IMG/VR virus record: IMGVR_UViG_2824317532_000001
Coordinates: 40,923 to 104,922 of that record
Source: a virus
Taxonomy: Duplodnaviria > Caudoviricetes
Strand: one strand, 5' to 3'
DNA: 64,000 nt
Shown: positions 9,010-19,632 of the stretch, in pieces
Numbering within the stretch: position 1 is the first letter of the stretch
Layout of the letters: every line of letters begins with the position of its first letter
The notes under the pieces: model-generated
The model's input: the letters and a program-made list of their open reading frames with translations, nothing else
Database searches by the model: none
Told to the model about the DNA's origin: nothing
Translations under genes and position numbers: made by a program

Positions 9010-12000
9010 GTGATGACATCCCCGGATTCGGTGGGCGAAGTCAGCGTAGAGGTTGTCGCCGATGCAGCGACGCTGGCGAAGGATCTGAAAGACAAAGTCG
9101 AGAAGGGGTTCAAGGACCTCGACCCGGCTAAGGGGCTCAAAGCCAAGCTCAAGGGGTCGAAGCCGATCCCGCTGCCGGTCGTGCCGGAGCCGGTGACGAA
9201 GGATTTGCCGGCCGACACTGAGGAGGAGGCGAAGAAGACTCGCACCCCGCGGGTGCCGGTCGGCTTGGATCCGCTGCTTGAGGCGTTCCAGCAAGAAGTG
9301 CAGCGGCAGATCAAGTCGCTGGCACGCACGATCAACGCCGAAATCCCGGTCGGCGCCGACACCGACGGGTTGCGCCGTGAACTCGCCGCCGAGCTGGCTG
9401 CGGTGGCGCAGCAGGCCAAAGCGAAGATTCCGGTCGAGGTCGACGACCGGGCAAAACTGGAAACCGAACTGCGGGCGTCCGTTGCTGCCCTGTCGGAGCG
9501 GGTCAAGGCTTCTATCAAGGTTGATCCGGACACGACCGGGCTCGGTGAGAAGGTCGAGGCTGCCGCCGACCGGGCGGTTGGCCGCGCCAAAGTCCGAGTC
9601 CCGGTCGATGTGGATGTTGACAAGGGCGGAGCCCTGTCCAAAATCCGCAGCCTGTTCTCGGGACTCGGTGGTGGGCTGCTCAACGGCCTAGACGCGGCGA
9701 TCACCCGCACCGCGTCCAGCGCGGCTCAGATGGGCGGGGCACTCGTCGGCGCCCTCAGCTCGTCAACGGGGCCGCTCGGCACCATCATCGGCCTGCTCGG
9801 TGGGGCTGTCGCGGCGATGGCTGCGCTGGCAGCAGCGGCGGTGGCGGCAGTGCCGGCTATCACGGCGGTGGCGGGTGCGGCGGCGGCGATCCCTGGCGCT
9901 CTCGCGGGTGCGGGTGCCGCATTTGGGGCGCTGGCACTCGGGTTCAAGGGCATCTCGGAGGCGTTCAAGCCGAGCGGGGGCGGTGGCGGGGGTGGTGGCG
10001 GGGCGGGCAACCAGGGCAAGCAGATCGCTGCGGCCGCGCGTCAGGTGGAGGCTGCCCGGCGTGGGATCGCCGCCGCGAACCGGCAGGTAGAGGCGTCCGA
10101 GCGGGCTTTGGCTGCCGCACACCGGGGGGTGGAGGCGGCGGAGCTGCGGCTGGTGGAGGCGCAGCGGCGTGCTCTGTCGGCGCAGCAGGCGATCGCCCGT
10201 GCCCGCGAGGAGGCGGCCGAGTCGATTGACGACTTGAACCGCAGTCTTCGTGGGGCCCGCCTGTCGGAGGAGGATGCTGCCCTCGGTGTCGAAGAGGCGC
10301 TGCGGGCCCTCAACGAGGCCAAACTGTCGGGCAACATTCCCGACATCAAGCGGGCGGATCTCGCCTACAGGCAGGCGCTGCAAACCCTCGACGAGGCCAA
10401 GGACACCACCAGCGACCTATCGGCGGAGACCGAGGAAGCCAACCGCAAGGGTGTTGAGGGCTCCGACCAGGTTCAAGACGCACTCCAGGAGCAGCGGGAC
10501 GCTTTGCAGGGTGTCCGGGATGCGCAGATCGGCATCATCGAGGCCAACGACAGCCTCGCCTCCGCGCAGGACGGTGTCGCCGCCGCGATGGACGGCGTCA
10601 AGTCGGCGGCGGACGGGCTGACGTCGGCGCAGGAGTCCCTGGCGCAGGCACAGCAGGGTGTCGCGGCGGGGGGCGGCGGCGTCGCCCGCGAGATCACGAG
10701 GCTGGCGCCGGCGGCGGCGAAGTTCGTGCAGGCGGTCAAGGACCTGAAACCGGCGTTCGAGGACTTGCGCCTGGACGTGCAGGAACGCCTGTTCCGTGAC
10801 TTGGACAAGACGGTCACCAATCTGGGGTCGGAGTGGATTCCGCGGCTACACAAGAACCTCGGCGACTATGCGACCACGTTCAACGGCTTCTTCAAGGATC
10901 TCGGCACGTCGCTGACAGACCGAGAGTTCATGAAGGACATCTCGATCGGGTTGGAGGGCTTCCGCGTCGGCATGGACGCCGTCTTCGACTCGGTGTCGCA
11001 GAAACTGGTGCCCGCGCTCGGTGACTTGGTCGAGGCGTCAGCGCCGTTCCTCGAGGCGCTCGGTGAGGGCATCGCCACGGTGGTCACGAAGTTCAGTGAC
11101 TGGGTGCAGGCTGGCGAGGATTCCGACGCGTTGAAGGACTTCTTCGAACGTGCCACCGTCGCACTCGGTGAGATCGGCCGGATCGGTGGCTCCGTAGTCC
11201 GCATCATCGGCGGCATCATCGAGACGATCACTGGGGCGCAGGCGACGGATTCGTCACAGTCGCCGCTGGAAGCGTTCCGGCGCGGCCTGGACCGGGTCGC
11301 GGACTGGCTGAACAACCCGACCAACCAGGAACAGATCCGCAACCTGATTCGCGACATCGCCAACGCGGCGGTCGAGTTCGGTGAGGCTGCGACCGCAATC
11401 AACGACTTCCTGAAGAGGATCGGCGTCGGAGGTTCGGAGAAGGGCGGCTCGGTCGGCGCCGACATCGGCCGGGCAATATTCGCTGGTCTGCTCGCGGGTC
11501 TAGGGGCGGCGTTCGAGGCGAATCTGAAATTTTTGCTGTCGCCGTTCACCAACTTCATCGACGCGGTGAAGACCACGTTCGGGATCAAGTCGCCTAGCAC
11601 GGTGTTCGCGGAGATCGGCAAGGATCTGGTTCGCGGTCTCCTCAACGGGATCGGCGCGATGGTGGAGTCGCTACGGCAAAAGGCAGTCGGACTCAAGACG
11701 ACGATCGGTAATGCCCTGTCGGGCGCCGGCTCGTGGCTGGTCCAGACCGGAAAGAACGCCGTCTCCGGGCTAGGCTCCGGGCTCTCGTCGCTGGGAACGT
11801 GGCTGCGCGAGAAGGCCACCGGCTTGAAGACGACGGTGACGGGCGCACTGTCGAACTCGATCAACTGGCTTTCTTCGACAGGAAAGAATGTCGTGTACGG
11901 CCTGTGGAACGGGATCTCCAGCCTCAGCACCTGGCTGTGGAACAAGGTCACCAGCTTTGCCCGCAACTACGTCACCAACGCCGTCAACTCGGCACTCGGC

Positions 12001-12333
12001 ATCGAATCGCCGTCGAAGGTGATGGCGCAGGCCGGCGCCTACACCGCCCAAGGTTTCGCCCTCGGCATGGAGGGTGAGGCCGGCCGGGTCGAGGCGGCCG
12101 CAGACCGGATCGCAGCGGCAGCGTTGCCGCAGGTTCAGGATGCGGCGCTCGGCCTCGGCTGGGAGGCGGACGCCACGATCGCGCAGAGTCTGTCGGTCGC
12201 CGACCAGCAGCGCATGCTGCTGGGCTGGAAGACCGGCGCCACGGGAGACCAACTGCTGGATGCGGTGGCCCGGCTGATCGACATCTCCTATCAGGGGGAT
12301 GTCGAGGCGGCGTTCACCCGCACCCGCCGATAA
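9010..12333 (+). CDS. Tape measure protein
   Basis: 1107 aa, Ala/Gly-rich coiled coil, FGIKSPS/LGIESPS motifs, Trp-periodic repeats, follows the chaperone. Confidence 0.9.
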   Translation: MMTSPDSVGEVSVEVVADAATLAKDLKDKVEKGFKDLDPAKGLKAKLKGSKPIPLPVVPEPVTKDLPADTEEEAKKTRTPRVPVGLDPLLEAFQQEVQRQIKSLARTINAEIPVGADTDGLRRELAAELAAVAQQAKAKIPVEVDDRAKLETELRASVAALSERVKASIKVDPDTTGLGEKVEAAADRAVGRAKVRVPVDVDVDKGGALSKIRSLFSGLGGGLLNGLDAAITRTASSAAQMGGALVGALSSSTGPLGTIIGLLGGAVAAMAALAAAAVAAVPAITAVAGAAAAIPGALAGAGAAFGALALGFKGISEAFKPSGGGGGGGGGAGNQGKQIAAAARQVEAARRGIAAANRQVEASERALAAAHRGVEAAELRLVEAQRRALSAQQAIARAREEAAESIDDLNRSLRGARLSEEDAALGVEEALRALNEAKLSGNIPDIKRADLAYRQALQTLDEAKDTTSDLSAETEEANRKGVEGSDQVQDALQEQRDALQGVRDAQIGIIEANDSLASAQDGVAAAMDGVKSAADGLTSAQESLAQAQQGVAAGGGGVAREITRLAPAAAKFVQAVKDLKPAFEDLRLDVQERLFRDLDKTVTNLGSEWIPRLHKNLGDYATTFNGFFKDLGTSLTDREFMKDISIGLEGFRVGMDAVFDSVSQKLVPALGDLVEASAPFLEALGEGIATVVTKFSDWVQAGEDSDALKDFFERATVALGEIGRIGGSVVRIIGGIIETITGAQATDSSQSPLEAFRRGLDRVADWLNNPTNQEQIRNLIRDIANAAVEFGEAATAINDFLKRIGVGGSEKGGSVGADIGRAIFAGLLAGLGAAFEANLKFLLSPFTNFIDAVKTTFGIKSPSTVFAEIGKDLVRGLLNGIGAMVESLRQKAVGLKTTIGNALSGAGSWLVQTGKNAVSGLGSGLSSLGTWLREKATGLKTTVTGALSNSINWLSSTGKNVVYGLWNGISSLSTWLWNKVTSFARNYVTNAVNSALGIESPSKVMAQAGAYTAQGFALGMEGEAGRVEAAADRIAAAALPQVQDAALGLGWEADATIAQSLSVADQQRMLLGWKTGATGDQLLDAVARLIDISYQGDVEAAFTRTRR

Positions 12334-12429
12334 GACGCCGGGCGGGCAAAGCGGCATGCCTCCCGCCCGGCACTCGGATCCTATCCACCACAGGCTCGGC
12401 TCCTGCCCGAGTTCACCCGGCAGGAGGTC

Positions 12430-14214
12430 ATGTTGGCGCGCACCATCTACGGCGGTTCCGTCGATGACGTGGTCATCACCCCAGTCACGATCGGCACCAC
12501 CCAGGTCGCCGGCCTGCCCGCCTCGCAGAACTTCGAAGTCTGGAACTACGCCAACACCGAGCAGCTCACCGACATCCAAGACGGATCCGGTGTCGCCCTG
12601 CCGTCAGGGATCGTCGTCTCCTCGAGCGCCGGCGTCATCCCTCAGTTCAAAGCCCCCGACGACTACACCGGACCGATCCGGCTCAAACACGTCACCTCCG
12701 GCTTGTCGTGGGTGATGCAGCCGTCCGACGGCACCAGCGGTGGCGGCGGGTCGAGCTTGCCGAACACGTTGGTCGTCGCCTCGGCCGACTCGGGGATCCT
12801 CGATGCCGACTGGGTGTGCGACGGCACCGCCGACGATGTCCAGCTTCAAGCAGCCGTCACCGCGACCGCACTCGGCGGCACCGTCCAGCTCACCTCCGGA
12901 ACGTTCAACCTCGCTGACGTAGTCGACGTGTGGGGCGCCGACGACGCCGACGTCGAAGGTGAGATCTACATTCGCGGGGCTGGCCCGTCGAACACCACCC
13001 TGGTCGTCGGCTCAGGTGTGGCCAGCGCGTTCAACCTCAGCAAGGCAGTGCGGGTACACATCTCCGACCTGGGCATCGAGGTCGGCGGCAGCTCGTCCGG
13101 CATCGTCGCCACCTATTCGGCGACACCTGCCGCCCTGTACCGGTCGGCGTGGTTCTCGAGTTTTGAGCGGTTGCAGGTGAAAGGCCCGTGGGACGGTAGC
13201 CACTCCGGCTGGGCGATCGACCTCGGCAACGTGTTCCGTGCCCGGATGGCCAACATGGAGGTCGGCGGTACCGGCAATGGCATCAGGTTGTTGAACCAGA
13301 CGTCGGAGTTCAACAGCGGTGACATGACCATCGACCGGTGTTTCGTCGAGGTGGTCGGCACGAACGCGGTCGCGTATTCGTGTGATTCGGCGGCAGGCAA
13401 CCTCAACCAGGTGACCTGGATAACCTGCCACTCTATTGCGAATCCGGCCAACACTGGCACGGTGGCATGGAAGTTCACCGGGACTACCGGTTCGACTAGC
13501 CACATCCGGTTGATCAACTGCAATGTTGAGCAGTTCGCCACCACGGTCTCAGCGGATGCGAATGCCAACGACCTGGAGATCGACCTCGTACACGTCACAC
13601 TGCGCAACGGGTCCACCCTGTTCAACAGTGCGGGCTCGAACAGCGTCTTTCGTTGCGGCTTGGCGTACATCGAACCGTCGGCAACCGTGTCGATCCTCAC
13701 CGACAGCAACGGCTACGACGCCAAGCCATCGGTGTACGACCGGATCAACATCTACGCCGACACCGGCGCGACCGCGAACGCCACGCCGGGCAACACGGCC
13801 GTGCTGCAACGCATCGTTCTCGACGGCGACTCCGCCACCTACGCGTCCACGCTTCGACGGCCGCCGGCACGGCCCGCCCCAACCCGGGCGATCACACTGT
13901 CGGATGCGGCGACGATCGCCACCGACGCCAGTCTGGGGAACCTGTTCGACTGCACGATCGCCGGGAACCGCACGCTCGGCGCGCCCACCAACCCACTCGA
14001 CGGGCAGACCGTGGTATGGCGGCTCACCGCGTCCGGTGGTGCCCGTACTCCTACTCTCGCCTCAGGCGCGGGCGGATTCGTCGTTGCGACGGGTAGCCCG
14101 GCAGTGACGGTGGCGGCGATCGCGTCCGGATCCACCGCGGAAATCGCGGCCACCTATTCTTCGGCAAATAGCAGATGGCGAGTGAGCCGGTATTCAATCT
14201 TCGCGGCTAGCTAG
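12430..14214 (+). CDS. Tailspike/receptor-binding protein with right-handed beta-helix (pectate-lyase-like) domain
   Basis: CDGTADDVQLQAA...GGTVQLTSGTF...IRGAG beta-helix start motif; Gly linker; C-terminal fibre domain (TIAGNRTLGAPTNP). Confidence 0.75.
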   Translation: MLARTIYGGSVDDVVITPVTIGTTQVAGLPASQNFEVWNYANTEQLTDIQDGSGVALPSGIVVSSSAGVIPQFKAPDDYTGPIRLKHVTSGLSWVMQPSDGTSGGGGSSLPNTLVVASADSGILDADWVCDGTADDVQLQAAVTATALGGTVQLTSGTFNLADVVDVWGADDADVEGEIYIRGAGPSNTTLVVGSGVASAFNLSKAVRVHISDLGIEVGGSSSGIVATYSATPAALYRSAWFSSFERLQVKGPWDGSHSGWAIDLGNVFRARMANMEVGGTGNGIRLLNQTSEFNSGDMTIDRCFVEVVGTNAVAYSCDSAAGNLNQVTWITCHSIANPANTGTVAWKFTGTTGSTSHIRLINCNVEQFATTVSADANANDLEIDLVHVTLRNGSTLFNSAGSNSVFRCGLAYIEPSATVSILTDSNGYDAKPSVYDRINIYADTGATANATPGNTAVLQRIVLDGDSATYASTLRRPPARPAPTRAITLSDAATIATDASLGNLFDCTIAGNRTLGAPTNPLDGQTVVWRLTASGGARTPTLASGAGGFVVATGSPAVTVAAIASGSTAEIAATYSSANSRWRVSRYSIFAAS

Positions 14215-14332
14215 AGCAATTCACTCCTGCGTGCAAGGTATAGCGCGCAAAAATCGATAGAATGAGATGGCCCCGGCGCGACTGCAATCGCCCGGGACCT
14301 GACGGAATAGCCTATCTCGGAGGTATCCCGTA

Positions 14333-14938
14333 ATGGGAGATCGTACCTGTCCCGTCGAGACCGACGGCAAGGCATGCGGCAAACCGTCCGCGCCGAAGGA
14401 TTCCCGCCTATGGTGCTCGATGCACCGCAACCGGTGGTACAGGCACGGCGACGTGCACTACCTCGGCAAGCACGGCCTCGCCAAGACGGCAACTCCGGAG
14501 CAGCGCTTCTGGGCGAAGGTGGACGCCGACGGTGACTGCTGGGTCTGGACGGGCGCGATTGGGACCCACGGTTACGGAATGTTCCGGAACGAGCATGGCA
14601 AGGCGGTTACTGCGCATCGTTACTCGTACGAGTCTTTGATTGGTCCCATTCCAGACGGACTCACCATCGACCATCTGTGTCGCAACCGCCCATGCATCAA
14701 TCCGGATCACCTGGAACCTGTGACGCAGGCTGAAAACAACCGCCGCGTCCCCGTTGAAGTGCGTCGCCTCAGCGCGCGGGTGCCGAGGCCGCCGCGTACG
14801 ACTTGCAAACACGGGCATCCGTTGTCGGGCGAAAATCTCTACGTGTCTCCCGGTGGCCACCGGGCCTGCCGAACCTGCGCCAAACGACGCGTCCTGGAGT
14901 TCTGCGCCCGAAAGCGGAATCAAGCGCAAGCAGCCTAG
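14333..14938 (+). CDS. HNH homing endonuclease
   Basis: CWVWTG...AHRYSY...IDHLCRNRPCINPDHLEPVTQAEN, plus CKHGH...CRTC zinc motif. Confidence 0.9.
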   Translation: MGDRTCPVETDGKACGKPSAPKDSRLWCSMHRNRWYRHGDVHYLGKHGLAKTATPEQRFWAKVDADGDCWVWTGAIGTHGYGMFRNEHGKAVTAHRYSYESLIGPIPDGLTIDHLCRNRPCINPDHLEPVTQAENNRRVPVEVRRLSARVPRPPRTTCKHGHPLSGENLYVSPGGHRACRTCAKRRVLEFCARKRNQAQAA

Positions 14939-14980
14939 GCCCTTGTCGGCACTAGCGACTTCTCTGTCAGGGGGTGGCTA

Positions 14981-17875
14981 GTGCCGGTTCTGCTGCCTGG
15001 CCTGCTCACCTCCCCCAGCCCAGGTACCACCGGCCTGTTTCCGGAAGAGGACCTGGAACTCACCTGCGAAGCAGCCTGGGGTGCCGACCTCGATGCAGAG
15101 CCCGACTCGTGGGAGTGGACGGACTTGTCGGATCGGGTCATCGACTCTCCGATCAGCATCACCCGCGGTGTGCTGGTCGGCGGCCGCACGTCGCGGGGTA
15201 CGTCGGGCACGGTTGCGCTGCTCAACGAAGACGGCTGGCTGTCGCTGCATCATCCGGGGAGCCCGTGGTGGCCGCACGTGGACGCCGGCACGCCGGTGCG
15301 GATCTCGGTGCGGACCCGCACCGTGCCGTATCTGACTGACACGTTCACGCGCACCGTGGCGTCCGGCTGGGGCACGGCAGAGGCTGTCAGCGGTGAGGGC
15401 GGCACGAGCTGGCTCAACACCAGCGGCCTGTCCGTCGACGGGACCGCGGCGCAGATCTCGTGCGCGGTGTCGAACACCGTCTACACGTCCCGCATCTTCA
15501 AGCCCCACCGGGATGTGGACGTCACCTACGACGTCGCCTCCTCGGTAGTCACCACCGGCGGACCGTTGGCCACCGGGCCGACACTGCGGGCCAGCACCTC
15601 CAACGCCGACCACAGTTGGCCGCTGCTGGAGTTTCAGCCCGACGCCTCTCTACGGTGGGCGCTGTGGAGACGGCTCAGCGGCTCCTACACGCAGCTCGAA
15701 ACCGCCACCATTCCCGGCCTCACCTACACAGTCGGCACCGTCATCCGGGTCCGATTCCTACTGATCGGCGCCCGGCTGCGGGCAAAAGCGTGGCTGGCCG
15801 CCGGGATCGAGCCGGGCGAGTGGACTCTCGACTACACGTTCACCGACGCCGCGTTGATCGCCGGAGGAAACTACTTCGGCATCGCGGCCTGGCCGATCTC
15901 GACGCTGAGTAATCCGCTGCCGGTCTCCGTGTCGATCGACAACCTCACGATCACCCAGCCCCGCTATCCGCGGATCGAGGGCTACATCGCCGACATCAAG
16001 GCCTCCTACCAGCCGGTCGACGACGAAACCACCCACTCGATCGCCGTGATCGACATCGGTGGGGTCGGAACCCGCCTTGAACTGCGGGACTCCGACGCGT
16101 GGTCGCCGATGCGGCGTTCCATCCAGTGGGGTGACGCCGATCCGGTCGCCTACTGGCATTGTGAGGACGCCGACCGTGCCACCCAGGCCGCGTCGGGGAT
16201 CACCGGCCAGCCGGCGTTGCAGGTGACCGGCCCGGTGGTGTTCTCGTTCGACACTGGCGAACCCGAAGACACCCTCATCAGCCGCTACGGATCCAAGAAT
16301 TTGTGTTCTGTTGCGGCGGGCGCCCGCTTGTCGACCGCGTTCACGCCCAGCTCGGTGCAGAACGAGTGGACGGTCGGGATCACCGCGCAGGTGATCGCCG
16401 CGCTGGTGCCGGTGTCCGAGATTCGCATGCTGGAATGGTCGACGCTCGGCACCTTCACCCGCTGGGCGCTCGTGTCCACGGCAACGGGTCATGAGGTACG
16501 CGCCTACAACGACGTCGCCGGGACGTCGACCACAGCGTGTTCGACAGTGAACTCGGTGAATGCGCTGTGCGGCTTCGACGTTCAGGCGGTCCAGGCCGGC
16601 GCCAACATCGACGTCACCCTGCTCCTGGACACGGTTGTCTACGCCGCCGGCAGCGTCGCCGGCACACTCGGGGCGCCGCATGCGATCGAAGTCAACCCGG
16701 ACCGGGCCAATACCACCGGCTCCACCAGCGCGTTCGGCATCAGGTGGCTGGCCGGGCATGTGGTCATCCACGACACGGCTACCGCCTCCTCGCTGCCGTA
16801 CTACTACGACGACGATCTCACCTTGTACCGGGCCGATCAGGGCTGGTATCGGGAGCCCACCCATTTGCGGGCGGATCGGGTCTCCCGGGAGGGCCGGGTA
16901 CCGTTCCGGCTGGTCGCGGAGCCGGACGAGGTGACCCGGCTCAACAGCCAGCAGGAGGGAACCACCCCGGACCTATTGGTTGCCGCGGTGGAGGCCGAGT
17001 CGGGTGGGCTGCTGTACGAGGCAGGGTTCGGCTACGAGATGCTGCCCCGTGTCGCCCGCTACAACCGGGCCGTCGATCTGACCATCGACCTGGCTACCTA
17101 CCGGCGCACTGGTGGCACGGATCCGGCCGAGGTTCTGCAACCACAGCTGCGGTTGAAGGAGCCGACGATCTGGACTGTTCAGCGGACCGGCGGTTCCCAG
17201 GCCATGTGGGCGGCGGACGCCGAGTACCGGAAGCGGCGCGGCAATCTGGCTGCCTCCAAAACCCTGGACCTGTTGGAGGACGGGGATCTGCTCGGGCACG
17301 CCCAGTGGCGCATCCACCTGGTCGAGGATGCCCGGGGCGCTCACTACCCGGGCGCGTCGATTGATTTGACCGCGAACCCCGATTTGATCGACGACTGGCT
17401 GCTGTGCGCCCCCGGTGCCCGGGTGCAGCGCATCAACCAGCCGCTTACTGCCGGGCTCGGCACGGTCGATCAGGTTGCGGAGGGTCTCTCGGAGACGCTC
17501 GGCCGCCGTACGTGGGTGGCGTCGATCGAGGGCGCGCCGGCTGAGGTGTGGGATGTGGGCCTGTACGACGACGCGTGGCTGGCCGATTCGGTGTCCACCA
17601 CTCTGGTTGCTGATCAGCCGGCGACGTCGGTGGGTGCGGTGGAGTCGTGGCAGATCTCCACGGCTCTGCTCGGGGACGTGTGGGAGACGGTCGACGTCGG
17701 CTACGTCTGGGAGTCGAACGGTGAAGAAGTCACGGTGACAGCGATGGGCGCGGTCACCGGGTCCGGCCCCTACCTGCAAACCGCCACCGTGGAACGCGGG
17801 GCAAACGGCATTGTGAAGGCACACCGCGCCGGTGACCTGATTCAGTTGGCGGACCCCGCCACCTACTCACTCTGA
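14981..17875 (+). CDS. Large minor tail/baseplate protein
   Basis: 964 aa; WTDLSDRV...ISITRG Dit-like N-terminus, PVAYW LamG-like segment, C-terminal RGANGIVKAH motif. Confidence 0.75.
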   Translation: MPVLLPGLLTSPSPGTTGLFPEEDLELTCEAAWGADLDAEPDSWEWTDLSDRVIDSPISITRGVLVGGRTSRGTSGTVALLNEDGWLSLHHPGSPWWPHVDAGTPVRISVRTRTVPYLTDTFTRTVASGWGTAEAVSGEGGTSWLNTSGLSVDGTAAQISCAVSNTVYTSRIFKPHRDVDVTYDVASSVVTTGGPLATGPTLRASTSNADHSWPLLEFQPDASLRWALWRRLSGSYTQLETATIPGLTYTVGTVIRVRFLLIGARLRAKAWLAAGIEPGEWTLDYTFTDAALIAGGNYFGIAAWPISTLSNPLPVSVSIDNLTITQPRYPRIEGYIADIKASYQPVDDETTHSIAVIDIGGVGTRLELRDSDAWSPMRRSIQWGDADPVAYWHCEDADRATQAASGITGQPALQVTGPVVFSFDTGEPEDTLISRYGSKNLCSVAAGARLSTAFTPSSVQNEWTVGITAQVIAALVPVSEIRMLEWSTLGTFTRWALVSTATGHEVRAYNDVAGTSTTACSTVNSVNALCGFDVQAVQAGANIDVTLLLDTVVYAAGSVAGTLGAPHAIEVNPDRANTTGSTSAFGIRWLAGHVVIHDTATASSLPYYYDDDLTLYRADQGWYREPTHLRADRVSREGRVPFRLVAEPDEVTRLNSQQEGTTPDLLVAAVEAESGGLLYEAGFGYEMLPRVARYNRAVDLTIDLATYRRTGGTDPAEVLQPQLRLKEPTIWTVQRTGGSQAMWAADAEYRKRRGNLAASKTLDLLEDGDLLGHAQWRIHLVEDARGAHYPGASIDLTANPDLIDDWLLCAPGARVQRINQPLTAGLGTVDQVAEGLSETLGRRTWVASIEGAPAEVWDVGLYDDAWLADSVSTTLVADQPATSVGAVESWQISTALLGDVWETVDVGYVWESNGEEVTVTAMGAVTGSGPYLQTATVERGANGIVKAHRAGDLIQLADPATYSL

Positions 17876-17888
17876 CAGGGGGTGGCGG

Positions 17889-18308
17889 GTGGCTGTCGCC
17901 GGGAAACGCATCCCCGCCAGCGAGATCAACGGACTGTTGGCGGGCTGGCAGACGTACAGCCCGCTGCTGTACTCGGCCATGAGCACGACCAAATCCTCGA
18001 TCACCCGCACGGTATCCGCAGCCCAGTACGTGGTTCGCGCCGGGCTGGTGAACGTCATGGTCGACGTGCTGGCCGGCGCCACCAGCTCGGGCGGGTGCGG
18101 GCTGCAGCTGCCGGTGTCGGCGTTGGCGTCGACTCCGCCGCTGCTCGGGCAGGCGATCATCACTGGTTCGGGGGCGCCGACGACACCGTTGGCGGCGATG
18201 GTGGTGTCGACCCTCGACACGATCGTGATCATGTTGCCGTCCACGTCGTTCCAGGACATCACCAGCGGCCAAAGGCTTCGGGTCAACCTCACCTACCGCA
18301 GCGTCTAG
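17889..18308 (+). CDS. Minor tail protein
   Basis: AGKRIPASEIN N-terminal motif typical of small actinophage tail proteins; synteny. Confidence 0.6.
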   Translation: MAVAGKRIPASEINGLLAGWQTYSPLLYSAMSTTKSSITRTVSAAQYVVRAGLVNVMVDVLAGATSSGGCGLQLPVSALASTPPLLGQAIITGSGAPTTPLAAMVVSTLDTIVIMLPSTSFQDITSGQRLRVNLTYRSV

Positions 18309-18321
18309 GAAAGGGGCGGCC

Positions 18322-19284
18322 GTGACCGCAGCGAAACCCCATCACCTCACCGCCCGCCGGCTGCTGCTTGACCACCTCGACGTGCATCCTGGTAAGACGG
18401 TCGGTAACGACCTCGACCCGCTGGAGTTGGGTCTGGTCGGCGACACTGCCCACCAGGCGGGCGGCGACTCCTACCATCTGGGCAAGGACAAGATCCGGGC
18501 GCGGGCGGGCCGGGACCGGTATTCGGTCGACGAGTCCCCGCGCGATCAGCGCGGCTTGAGCGACTACGCGTCGGCGATGGACATCGGCACCTTCAAGGTC
18601 ACCACAGGGCGCGGCGTGTTCGACCTGTACGACTTCAACGCCTGGCTCATCGCCCTGTGCAAGGCCGGGGATCCGGACACCGCCGACCTGCGGGAAGTCA
18701 TCTACAGCCCGGACGGCCGGACGGTGAAGCGCTGGGATCGGCTCGGCCGGCGTATGAGCGGCGACACCTCGCACCTGACCCACACCCACCTGTCGGAGCA
18801 CCGCGACGCCGACGGGCATCGCATGGTGCGGCTGGCCACCCGCTGGCTGCAGCACATCGGCAAAATCCCCGAGGAGGACGACGTGACGAAGGCCGAGTTC
18901 CTGGCCCTGCTCAAGGACAAGGACGTTCGGGTGGCACTGGCCAGCGCACTGCTGACCGCTGACGGGCTCATCCCCGGCCCGCCCGGATCGGTGAATGCGG
19001 ACGGCACCCCGAACACCCACTGGACGCTCGCCTCCTACGCCCAGTGGACCTACCGGCACGCCGATTCCGCACGGCTGCTCGCCGACACCGCCCTCAAGGC
19101 GATCACCGCGCTGGCGCAGCAGGACCACATCGACGAGCAGGCCCTCGCCGCGGCGATCGCCCCGCTCGTCGCGCAGGGCGTGGTGGCGGCGCTGCCCGCG
19201 GACCGCGACGACATCACCACGGCCGAACTCGAACAGGCGCTGGCAGGTGTGTTCGCCCGACTCGGCCAGCAGTCAGGCGCGTAG
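18322..19284 (+). CDS. Putative endolysin (Zn-peptidase, M15-like) with helical C-terminal domain
   Basis: GLVGDTAH...SYH...ASAMDIG...EVIY...SHLTHTHLS (HxH) motifs; first gene after tail module. Confidence 0.65.
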   Translation: MTAAKPHHLTARRLLLDHLDVHPGKTVGNDLDPLELGLVGDTAHQAGGDSYHLGKDKIRARAGRDRYSVDESPRDQRGLSDYASAMDIGTFKVTTGRGVFDLYDFNAWLIALCKAGDPDTADLREVIYSPDGRTVKRWDRLGRRMSGDTSHLTHTHLSEHRDADGHRMVRLATRWLQHIGKIPEEDDVTKAEFLALLKDKDVRVALASALLTADGLIPGPPGSVNADGTPNTHWTLASYAQWTYRHADSARLLADTALKAITALAQQDHIDEQALAAAIAPLVAQGVVAALPADRDDITTAELEQALAGVFARLGQQSGA

Positions 19285-19320
19285 CCGCCTTCCCACCACA
19301 ACTACATACGGGGAGCCGCC

Positions 19321-19632
19321 GTGCACCACCACATCGATGCCGTGTCGCTGCTGTTCCAGGCCGCCAATACTGCAATCGTCACCGGGTATCTGTCGGTGCC
19401 GTTCCTGGTGCTGCCCTATCTGCCGCTGACGCGCATGGTGCGGCTGTTCGGCGCGGGATTCTTCGTGGGCTGCGCGGGCAGCCACACGTGGATGGCGGTC
19501 ATGGGCCACGACGGCTGGCCGTGGATGCTGTGGCACGTCGCCCAGGCCGTATGCACCTGGGGGTTCATCCTCGCGTTCCGGCAGATGCTGCGCCGAGCCC
19601 AGCAGCGCCGTGGCGGTGGGGGCCCGCAGTGA
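19321..19632 (+). CDS. Membrane protein (lysis cassette)
   Basis: Three hydrophobic segments; GGAG RBS. Confidence 0.6.
   Translation: MHHHIDAVSLLFQAANTAIVTGYLSVPFLVLPYLPLTRMVRLFGAGFFVGCAGSHTWMAVMGHDGWPWMLWHVAQAVCTWGFILAFRQMLRRAQQRRGGGGPQ

Noticed and set aside
12430-18308. Diversity-generating retroelement acting on tail genes
   Set aside because: No reverse transcriptase and no TR/VR pair noticed
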